Positions 24,802 to 32,000 of a DNA stretch of 32,000 bases are shown here, in pieces (position 1 is the first letter of the stretch; the number at the start of each line of letters is the position of its first letter). Source of the stretch: Hyperthermus butylicus DSM 5456. Lineage in GTDB: Archaea; Thermoproteota; Thermoprotei_A; Sulfolobales; Pyrodictiaceae. The notes beneath the pieces were generated by a model, which saw only the letters and a list, made by a program, of their open reading frames with translations, was not told the origin of the DNA and made no database searches. The stretch covers positions 1,110,001 through 1,142,000 of the forward strand of contig NC_008818.1 in assembly GCF_000015145.1 (NCBI RefSeq), written 5' to 3'. The translations under genes were made by a program, and so were the position numbers.

Positions 24802-25803
24802 GTGCAACAGAGTTTTGGCGTTACAGTAACGGATAGAGGCGCTATCATCCTTTCAAAAAGTATTAGTGTTGACGGCTACGCTGATGGTGCTATTGTTAGG
24901 GTCGTAACACATATTCATAGTGATCACTTGTTAGACCTGAGTCGTAGTATACGTTATGCCGAGTTTATCGCTGCAACACCACTTACACTAGATCTTCTTG
25001 GGGCGCTTGGACACCGAATACCTGAGCATAAGAAGCTACCCATGCCTATAGGTATGAAGGTCCAGGTCGACGATGGCGTGCTTAGGCTTGTTAGGGCCAG
25101 GCATATTCCTGGCTCTGCATCTGTGGTCTTTGAGTCTAGCGAGTTCTCAGCGGGATATACTGGTGACTTCAAACTGCCTGGTACAGATATACTCAGAGGC
25201 CTGGATGTGCTTGTCATAGATGCTACTTATGGGCTTCCAGAATGGGTTAGACCGTGGCAGGAGGAAATCGATTACTTGCTCGCCGATATTGTACTCGATG
25301 AACTGAGAAAGGGGAGCCCCGTCCACATCTACGCCTATAATGGAAAAATCGAGGAAGTTATGCTTCTGCTTCGCGAGATGGGAGTTGACGCACCCTACCT
25401 TGTAGGGGTGAGACACTACCGCGTACTTCGCGTTCTCGAGAAGCATGGCTACCGTATAGGCGATGTTGTTTTGGAAAGTTCAAGAGAGGGGTGGGAGGTT
25501 AAGCGTAGCCGATGGTATATCAGGTTTAGCCACTATAACGGATGGCGCCACAGTAACGGTAGGGATGCTGTACACATACTGCTTACAGGTTGGGAATTTA
25601 GCGAGCCGTACAAGAGGCTGAGCACAAATAGGCTTATTGTATCGTTTAGCGACCATGCCGATTTCAGCCAGCTAGTCGAATATGTTAAAGAAGCTAAGCC
25701 TAAGCTGTTACTTGTAGACTCGTACCGGGGCGGACGGGCTGCTAGAGTATTTGCACTCTATGTTTCAAGGAGGCTGAATATACCCGCTCTAGCTGTACCC
25801 TAA
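24802..25803 (+). CDS. MBL-fold / beta-CASP-like putative nuclease (COG1236-like)
   Basis: The HxHxDH motif is VTHIHSDHL. GYTGDF is present. The C-terminal beta-CASP-type motif is FSDHADFSQLVEYVKEAKPKLLLV. The start is GTG. Confidence 0.6.
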   Translation: MQQSFGVTVTDRGAIILSKSISVDGYADGAIVRVVTHIHSDHLLDLSRSIRYAEFIAATPLTLDLLGALGHRIPEHKKLPMPIGMKVQVDDGVLRLVRARHIPGSASVVFESSEFSAGYTGDFKLPGTDILRGLDVLVIDATYGLPEWVRPWQEEIDYLLADIVLDELRKGSPVHIYAYNGKIEEVMLLLREMGVDAPYLVGVRHYRVLRVLEKHGYRIGDVVLESSREGWEVKRSRWYIRFSHYNGWRHSNGRDAVHILLTGWEFSEPYKRLSTNRLIVSFSDHADFSQLVEYVKEAKPKLLLVDSYRGGRAARVFALYVSRRLNIPALAVP

Positions 25804-25820
25804 GGTGGCGGGGTTGGACT

Positions 25821-26108
25821 GTGTTGGGCGATGTTGATGTAAAGCATGTGGCCTGGCTTGCCCGTATACAGCTTAGCGACGAAGAGGTCGAGCTGTTCAA
25901 GAGACTCGTAAATAGCGCTATGAAGCTCATCAACAAACTTCTAGAAGCACCTGTAGAAGACGTAGAGCCCCTATACCATGCGCTTGATAAAGAAGGTTTG
26001 CTGCGCAGCGATAAGCCAAGCATACACCTTGACAGAGAAAGAGTCCTAGCCAATGCTGCAAAGAGCCAGGAAGGTTACATAGTTGCTCCTCGCACTGTTG
26101 AAGAGTAA
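25821..26108 (+). CDS. gatC: Asp/Glu-tRNA amidotransferase subunit C
   Basis: VDVKHVAWLARIQLSDEEVELFKRLVNSAMKLINKLLEAPVEDVEPLYH is the typical GatC pattern. Length is 95 aa. Confidence 0.8.
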   Translation: MLGDVDVKHVAWLARIQLSDEEVELFKRLVNSAMKLINKLLEAPVEDVEPLYHALDKEGLLRSDKPSIHLDRERVLANAAKSQEGYIVAPRTVEE

Positions 26109-26116
26109 GACGTTTT

Positions 26117-26974
26117 CTAAACCTTTAGCCCTAGCTTTTGGTAGTCCTTCACGCGCAGTTCGTTCACAAGTTCTGCAAGCTGGCGAGCCCTCCGCTCATC
26201 TACGGGGTTTAACGTTTTACCATTAAGTTTTATTGATGTTCCAACTATGAACCCATCTGCGACTCTCCAATAGGCCATAATGTTATCTATGCTTATGCCA
26301 CTTCCAATTATAATCGGCTTGTAGGGTACCATGGCCTTTATTGACGCCACATAGCCTGGGCTTGGTGGCTCGCCCGTTGCAGACCCAGATACGATTATGG
26401 CGTCAGGCCTGCCTCGTCTAGCACAGTCATGCAGGATTTGCTCTAGGCTAGCTGTTGCCAGTGGGGCTGAATGCTTAACATCAACATCTGCAAATACGAG
26501 TACAGGAGCTCTGAGCTCCTCGCGGATTCTTTCAATAATATATGCTGCTGGCGTTAGGATACCCTCCATCGATACTCGTAGCTCGCAATAGCTGTTCACT
26601 CGTATAAAACTAGCACCAGAAACTAGTGCTGCTTCTAGAGCTTGTGGGGCAGCATTGCGGAGAATGTTAATGCCTACTCGTAGCTTACCACTATAGGTTC
26701 TGGCTACTTCTGCTGCTATCCGCGCAATGGCTAACACGCTAAGGCTTGGCGCTGTTACTGTGTAAGGATGGTCACCATAGTTTTCAATTATAACCGCGTT
26801 AAATCCGGCGTCCGCTAACTTGCCAGCTTCCCATAAGGCGTAGTCTACTAGCCTGTCAATGTCTACGCGGTCCTTCACGTAACTCGGTGTTGGCGGTAAA
26901 TGTATCATACCTATGAGCGGCTTATAGCCCAGGAGAGGGATTACAAGCAGCTCAGCGCCATCCTCTTTCCTCAC
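26117..26974 (-). CDS. BtpA/SgcQ-family TIM-barrel protein
   Basis: LIGMIHLPPTPSY..., GFNAVIIENYGDHPY and IIIGSGISIDN resemble the BtpA family. The start is GTG. Confidence 0.65.
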   Translation of the reverse strand: MRKEDGAELLVIPLLGYKPLIGMIHLPPTPSYVKDRVDIDRLVDYALWEAGKLADAGFNAVIIENYGDHPYTVTAPSLSVLAIARIAAEVARTYSGKLRVGINILRNAAPQALEAALVSGASFIRVNSYCELRVSMEGILTPAAYIIERIREELRAPVLVFADVDVKHSAPLATASLEQILHDCARRGRPDAIIVSGSATGEPPSPGYVASIKAMVPYKPIIIGSGISIDNIMAYWRVADGFIVGTSIKLNGKTLNPVDERRARQLAELVNELRVKDYQKLGLKV

Positions 26975-27154
26975 GGTATCAGTCCTCGGCCTTTACTCAT
27001 CACTGCAGATTGTTCCGGATAGGGGTTAAGCATATGGGTGCTAGCCTAAAATCCTGCTTCCCTGATGGGTGTGGAGTCGCTGTCCCCGAAAGGACCGGCG
27101 TATGGGATGACGTAGCCTCCCCCTTTGCCGAAACAACTATTCCTAAGCAAGCGG

Positions 27155-27589
27155 CTATTTCTCACCGCGTAGTAATTCCTTGACTATGTTCTGTACTCTC
27201 TCTGTTAGCTTGGATTCCTGGGTTACGCCGAGTATGACATCTGCTACGTGACCGTTTACGAATATTATTGTTGTTGGTATATTGTCCACGGAATATCTAT
27301 CGGCTATGTCAGGAGCTTCGTCCGTGTCTAGGTATGCAAAGACTATGCCCTTTTCAGGGTCCGCGAGGCGGCGAGCTACCCGTTTGAATACAGGTGTATA
27401 GGCTTTGCAAGGGTTGCACCAGGGTGCCGAGAACTCTACGACTACAACCTTGTAATTTTTGAGGACTTCATCGAAGTTGTCCTTGTTTAGGTAAATTAGA
27501 GGGTCACCGAGTTCCTTGTCTAGCTCGTTAACCTTTTTCTCGATTAGGCTTCTCAGCTCTCTTACTATGTCGTTGCTCAATCCTACCAC
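27155..27589 (-). CDS. trx: Thioredoxin-fold protein with an N-terminal helical extension
   Basis: The active site is VVEFSAPWCNPCKAY (WCxPC). A cis-Pro region follows (DNIPTTIIF). Confidence 0.85.
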   Translation of the reverse strand: MVGLSNDIVRELRSLIEKKVNELDKELGDPLIYLNKDNFDEVLKNYKVVVVEFSAPWCNPCKAYTPVFKRVARRLADPEKGIVFAYLDTDEAPDIADRYSVDNIPTTIIFVNGHVADVILGVTQESKLTERVQNIVKELLRGEK

Positions 27590-27656
27590 CAGCCCTGCTT
27601 AATACCGCTGATTTGTAATGCCCTTAAATCGGTTTTAGCCAGGACAACTATAGCGC

Positions 27657-28136
27657 TTGTCTACCCGTGGCTTCCAGCTTATTTTCCAGCTACGCATAAC
27701 TGTCTACGTGGGGGTGCCTCTTCCCTTGAGGGTTTTTGTAAAAGAGTTCACTGTTCGCAGCTCCGAACGTCTCCAGGTCATCGATATTACTGAAAAGGTT
27801 GAGAAGGTTGTTAAGGAGTCGGGCATAAGTAACGGTATTGCACTAGTATTTGTTCCACATGCCACTGCTGCAATTATAGCTAACGAGTTTGAGCCGAGGA
27901 TCGTCGAAGACTACCTTGAGCTAATTAGGCAGGTTTTCAAACCGGACTATCCGTGGAAACATAATACTATCGATAATAATGCCCATGCACATCTTGCCTC
28001 TGCTCTTATTGGTCCTTCGCGCTGCTTCCCGGTTGCCGGAGGTAGGCTTGTGAGGGGTACATGGCAGAGTATTTTACTGCTTGAGCTTGACGGACCTCGG
28101 AGTAGAAGGATTATTGTTGAGGTTATGGGTGAGTAG
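27657..28136 (+). CDS. YjbQ/UPF0047-family protein (secondary thiamine-phosphate synthase-like)
   Basis: The family motifs are [18 protein letters not shown] and [14 protein letters not shown]...[19 protein letters not shown]. The real start is probably GTG 27708/27714 or TTG 27726, not TTG 27657. Confidence 0.8.
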   Translation: MSTRGFQLIFQLRITVYVGVPLPLRVFVKEFTVRSSERLQVIDITEKVEKVVKESGISNGIALVFVPHATAAIIANEFEPRIVEDYLELIRQVFKPDYPWKHNTIDNNAHAHLASALIGPSRCFPVAGGRLVRGTWQSILLLELDGPRSRRIIVEVMGE

Positions 28137-29322
28137 CAAGTTGAAGGAGCCTCAGCTGTATATTGCTGATGCGGACTCTATTCGGAGTGGTGCTGTTACA
28201 GATATTTACTTTGTTAGGACTAGGCAGGTACTTGCTGCTAAGGGGCTCTGTGATACATACGTTCGTGCGGAATTACATGCTTATAGTCTGCCAAGAGGAT
28301 ATGAATGGGCAGTTTTTGCAGGGCTAGAGGAGGCTCTCGCAATTCTTAGGGGGAGACGCGTCAACGTCTATGCAATGCCCGAGGGAACACTCTTTAAACC
28401 TATGGAACCTCTCATGGTTATTGAGGGGCCTTACTGTGAGTTTGCTGAGCTTGAAACAGCTATCCTCGGTGTTTTAAGGCACGAAACGAGTATCGCCACT
28501 AAGGCTGCAAGAATACGACTTGCAGCCGGCGATAGGACGGTATTGTTCTTCGGCCTTAGAGCGCTCCATCCCGCAATAGCACCAATGGCTGATAGAGCCG
28601 CGTATATAGGTGGCTGTGACGGTGTTTCGGGCATTATGTCCGAGCGGTTCCTTGGAGTAAAGCCTACAGGCACTATGCCTCATGCATTGATAATAGTGTT
28701 CGGTGACCAGGTTAAAGCATGGAAAGCCTTTGACGAAGTTGTTGATGAAACTGTGCCGCGGATAGCGCTTACAGATACTTTCTACGATGAACGCGTAGAG
28801 GCGTTAATGGCTGCTAAGGCTCTAGGCTCCAGACTGTATGGGGTTAGGCTTGATACGCCAAGTAGTAGAAGGGGCAATATGAGAAAGATAGTTCAAGAGG
28901 TTAGATGGACACTAGACATTAACGGATTTAGGCATGTCAAGATATTTGTTAGCGGCGGCCTAGACGAGGATGAGGTGAGAGAGCTAAGGGATATCGTTGA
29001 TGGGTTTGGTGTCGGAACCTCAATAGCGTTTCCACCGAGCATAGACATAAGTATGGATATTGTTGAGGTACGGCGTGGAGATAAATGGGAACCCATAGCT
29101 AAGCGTGGCAAGCTGCCAGGATTTAAGCAAGTGTATAGGTGTAGACTACTCGAAGACTACATTGTACCATGGGATGCCAAGCCACCAAGCTGTCCTGACG
29201 GCAGTAAGCCTAAACCTCTGCTAGAAAAGGTTATGGAGAACGGAGAAATCATCAAGGAGCTTCCAACAGTCCATGATATAAGGTCATACGTGCTTGAGCA
29301 GCTTAGAGCTTTTAGCCAGTAG
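28129..29322 (+). CDS. pncB: Nicotinate phosphoribosyltransferase (archaeal type)
   Basis: The family motifs are [27 protein letters not shown] and VSGGLDE. I place the start at GTG 28129, which overlaps the yjbQ stop (GTGAGTAG). The track start at 28081 would read through the yjbQ 3' end. Confidence 0.8.
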   Translation: MSSKLKEPQLYIADADSIRSGAVTDIYFVRTRQVLAAKGLCDTYVRAELHAYSLPRGYEWAVFAGLEEALAILRGRRVNVYAMPEGTLFKPMEPLMVIEGPYCEFAELETAILGVLRHETSIATKAARIRLAAGDRTVLFFGLRALHPAIAPMADRAAYIGGCDGVSGIMSERFLGVKPTGTMPHALIIVFGDQVKAWKAFDEVVDETVPRIALTDTFYDERVEALMAAKALGSRLYGVRLDTPSSRRGNMRKIVQEVRWTLDINGFRHVKIFVSGGLDEDEVRELRDIVDGFGVGTSIAFPPSIDISMDIVEVRRGDKWEPIAKRGKLPGFKQVYRCRLLEDYIVPWDAKPPSCPDGSKPKPLLEKVMENGEIIKELPTVHDIRSYVLEQLRAFSQ

Positions 29323-31491
29323 ACTTGCCGAGCGCACCGCTAGGCGAAGTATAGCCTCCACTATCTCTGCTGCACTGTAGGTTTTTCTTCCACGCGAAGT
29401 ATATGTCACAACATTACAGTACGTTAGGTCCTCAATATTTATGGTGAAGTGCCTACTACCTCCTGCCTTGAGGCCACATGAATATAGGCAATAGTCTATA
29501 CATTCAATTATTATTTTGTCGTCCCTAACACTTACATTGATGGCCGGGTTAGCTGGTATTTTGAACCTATAAGTCTCAACGCCCCCTGCATGCTCCAAAC
29601 TAAGAGCTATATTGCCTGACGGAAGTCTTATCGCGAGCTGCCCCTTAACAATAAATGTCTCATCGTTAATTCTCGCAACGATATATCCGTCGTCGACGGC
29701 AACAGCCTTGAGAAGCTCAGCAGAATTATCCGTGTAGACCTCAACGCGTGCTAGCTTAGCGTAGTGTGGCTCAGTAAATTTCTGCTCCACTAATATTGGT
29801 ACAGGTATATCCCAAGCCTTAAGCAACAGCGGAATTGCACATATACTAGCCCCTCCCGCTAAACTGGAATTGCGGTTCCAGCGGATCGTTAGCGATAACT
29901 CATACCCGTTATCATCCCTTGTCAACCTATGCTCGCGCAACAATATAGCACAGCTTGGCGGGAGAACGTCTACCCTAACAGAGCTACTAAACCCAGAAAG
30001 CCTATAGCTTACTTTAGCCTCACATACCCCTACATCTATAGGCCTTACCCTTACCACTCTAGGCTTAACCTCAAGCTTTACATGTTTTAGTATATTAAGC
30101 CTAGCTTCAACGTCACCGATAACGAGTGTAGAGCTGGATTGGAGATTATGGTTAGCCGGAAAATACGTTCTTAGCGTTGTACCGGAAGCCTCATACCGTA
30201 TAGGCTTAACGCATAAACTGTTACTACAAAGCAAAGGTAATGGCCCAACACCGCTATCACCACGTATCAAGGGATAATCTTCAATAACAACTTCAACAAG
30301 CCCACTAACGCAACGCCCATCACTGAGGAAAAAGCAGCCGCCCTCAATTCTAAGATAGCGGGCGGTTTTAATGCGTGGGCCAGACATACAGCAGTCTATG
30401 ACTTCTGCTCCATCCTCAACAGAAAGCCTAGTTAATATATCATGCCTAGTGGTAAGGTAGCTAGTGTATCCGTCGAAATCAATGACTATATATGATTCAG
30501 TACCATTTGCAGCCTCGGCTATGACAAGCTTGTCATTATCATCTACATGAATTATATAGGGATGTACAACTAGTGTATTGTTACTACTGAGTAGTCCTAG
30601 AAGTTTCATGGCAAGCCTCTCATTATCCACACCAAACACTTTTATCCCGTCACATACAACTACTCCATGACCTTTAACTGTTAAGAAATACTTTATATCT
30701 CTACATGATGCAGCTGGCTCTACAAGACCACCACTATCGACCATGTATAGCATCCTGCTTGAAACGTCGTAGAGATACACATAGCCCTCACCGCTATATC
30801 CTATCGGTCTTAAGTTATCATTTGATGCAGGCAGTTCCACAACACTACCCACAGGACTAACAATAGTCATATACTCATTATAATATAGCACAACTACGCC
30901 AAGCCCCTCGGAAATCTTCTTGGGTTGCCTCCGGAGCTTAATGTGAGTATACGTTATCAGCGAGTCAAAGAGCATATATGTGTCATTTCCTCGACGGTAA
31001 ACAATTGAGAGAAGCCACGGACTCCTAACACTACCTATAACCTTTGAAAACCTAATATTATCAAAGATGTCACAATTAAACCCACGGTTATAGACGTATA
31101 ACTCGCCACCGAGGATGCGACGTGACATAGCTACTACAACATGTATACCACGTACAATACTACTCTTAGAACCCCCCATGCTTATTCGGCACTTCCCAAC
31201 AGGCGATAAAAACTCGTCAAAGCGTAGCTCTGTCAACCCAGCTGAGCCTATGTAAGCTAAGCTGCCCTCCATTCCAGCCTCGACGGGTAATGGTATAACC
31301 GCTACGCTATCATTACTTTCAAACACCTCCAAGAAGAGAGATGGCCCAATCTTGCTCACAACATACTGCTTTTCCCTAAATGCCCTGGCATAGCTACCAG
31401 CTAGAGGTATAATACTACGTAGCTTAATGTCGGTTCTAAACCTAGCAAACCTGCGCAAAATCACCGAGTGTACCCTAGTCACGCAACACAT
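29284..31491 (-). CDS. Orphan 735-aa cytoplasmic, Cys-rich, beta-rich protein of unknown function
   Basis: The long uninterrupted ORF has no signal peptide or TM helix. I recognise no motif. It is visibly AT-richer than its neighbours: sampled 60-nt lines give ~40-48% GC, versus 52-68% in sampled lines of other genes. TTA/ATA/AGT-type codons are frequent. Confidence 0.6.
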   Translation of the reverse strand: MCCVTRVHSVILRRFARFRTDIKLRSIIPLAGSYARAFREKQYVVSKIGPSLFLEVFESNDSVAVIPLPVEAGMEGSLAYIGSAGLTELRFDEFLSPVGKCRISMGGSKSSIVRGIHVVVAMSRRILGGELYVYNRGFNCDIFDNIRFSKVIGSVRSPWLLSIVYRRGNDTYMLFDSLITYTHIKLRRQPKKISEGLGVVVLYYNEYMTIVSPVGSVVELPASNDNLRPIGYSGEGYVYLYDVSSRMLYMVDSGGLVEPAASCRDIKYFLTVKGHGVVVCDGIKVFGVDNERLAMKLLGLLSSNNTLVVHPYIIHVDDNDKLVIAEAANGTESYIVIDFDGYTSYLTTRHDILTRLSVEDGAEVIDCCMSGPRIKTARYLRIEGGCFFLSDGRCVSGLVEVVIEDYPLIRGDSGVGPLPLLCSNSLCVKPIRYEASGTTLRTYFPANHNLQSSSTLVIGDVEARLNILKHVKLEVKPRVVRVRPIDVGVCEAKVSYRLSGFSSSVRVDVLPPSCAILLREHRLTRDDNGYELSLTIRWNRNSSLAGGASICAIPLLLKAWDIPVPILVEQKFTEPHYAKLARVEVYTDNSAELLKAVAVDDGYIVARINDETFIVKGQLAIRLPSGNIALSLEHAGGVETYRFKIPANPAINVSVRDDKIIIECIDYCLYSCGLKAGGSRHFTINIEDLTYCNVVTYTSRGRKTYSAAEIVEAILRLAVRSASLLAKSSKLLKHV

Positions 31492-31601
31492 AGGAGAGCA
31501 CTAAGTATCTGTGTTGAGCGAAACTATACACATTGAATACAGTAAGCTGGGGGGCAACTAGGTTGCCGTGATGAGGCTAAAGTTGAAGGAAATACAGGTT
31601 G

Positions 31602-31624
31602 CTTGTTTAAAAAACAAAAACAAG
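31602..31624 (-). terminator. Hairpin with a U-rich loop/tract downstream of the 31656 gene
   Basis: The minus strand reads CTTGTTT-TTGTTTTTT-AAACAAG, a 7-bp stem. It begins 31 nt after the TAA (31656-31658). Confidence 0.5.
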
Positions 31625-31655
31625 TAATTAGCGTATGGAGCTATTATTGCCTTGG

Positions 31656-32000
31656 TTAGCCCTGCTTTGTGAAGCCAAATGTTAGGTTGAATAGCTCGTT
31701 GAACTCCTTTTGTATCTCTTCGCGCTTCTCCTTGACGGACTTCACTACTGCCTCGAGCGCTGTATAGGCTCTGCTTGGTATCTTGCCGCGGAACCAGCTT
31801 ACATCATTAGCGCCAACACCAAGCTTGTCGTACTTTAGCCCGGTTAGTGGGTCCTCCTTCCTCTCATTAATTATGTGGTCCAGCTCGAGTACTAGCGTGC
31901 CGCGAGCGAGCATGTAGTCGCCGTACGGGTCGACTAGCTTTAGTACCTGCTTCTTTATCTTGCTTAGGATCCTAATGCCTAAGATTTTGTCTGGCGATGG
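31656..32000 (-). CDS. Partial CDS (C-terminal part, continues past the right edge), unknown function
   Basis: The frame stays open upstream of the track Met to the window edge (...PSPDKILGIRILSKIKKQVLKLVDPYGDYMLARGTLVLELDHIINERKEDPLTG...). I recognise no family. Confidence 0.5.
   Translation of the reverse strand, partial: PSPDKILGIRILSKIKKQVLKLVDPYGDYMLARGTLVLELDHIINERKEDPLTGLKYDKLGVGANDVSWFRGKIPSRAYTALEAVVKSVKEKREEIQKEFNELFNLTFGFTKQG

Noticed and set aside
25742-26053. 103-aa minus-strand ORF
   Set aside because: It is antisense to gatC and the 3' end of the MBL gene, and it is Ser/Leu-rich low complexity.
31569-31590. GTGATGA followed by ...TTGA on the plus strand in the 31492-31655 spacer
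   Set aside because: There is no CTGA D box or terminal stem. The neighbouring hairpin/oligo-T is better read as the minus-strand terminator of the upstream gene.

Overview
The window is a compact, mostly housekeeping chromosomal segment of a hyperthermophilic crenarchaeon. Gene content looks Desulfurococcales/Pyrodictiaceae-like; that taxon is my inference, not a database hit. About 30 protein genes are packed tightly and often overlap by a few nt. They include NucS/EndoMS, primase PriL, ribosomal protein S25e, an NFACT/RqcH homologue, MetRS, GcvPA/GcvPB, Taw1, a minimal Ogt, GatC, thioredoxin, YjbQ and NAPRTase. There are two tRNA genes, both with encoded CCA: tRNA-Thr(CGU) with a 31-nt canonical-position intron, and an initiator-type tRNA-Met.

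Nothing here resembles a known defence island, CRISPR array or integrase-bearing mobile element. The parts worth a second look are:
1. A type IV pilus-like ATPase plus membrane-platform pair with no pilin genes nearby. It is divergently coupled to a 1114-aa beta-propeller/Ig-repeat surface glycoprotein.
2. gcvPA, split by a single extra base in an A5/T5 run.
3. Three unusually long GC-rich noncoding regions (20943-21169, 21277-21731, 23654-23959). They carry box C/D (K-turn)-like modules, nested inverted repeats and recurring short motifs. Two of them give reasonably well-formed candidate sRNAs next to tRNA-Thr.
4. A 735-aa, visibly AT-richer orphan gene at the right end.

All functional calls come from motifs I recognise by eye. 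No searches were run.
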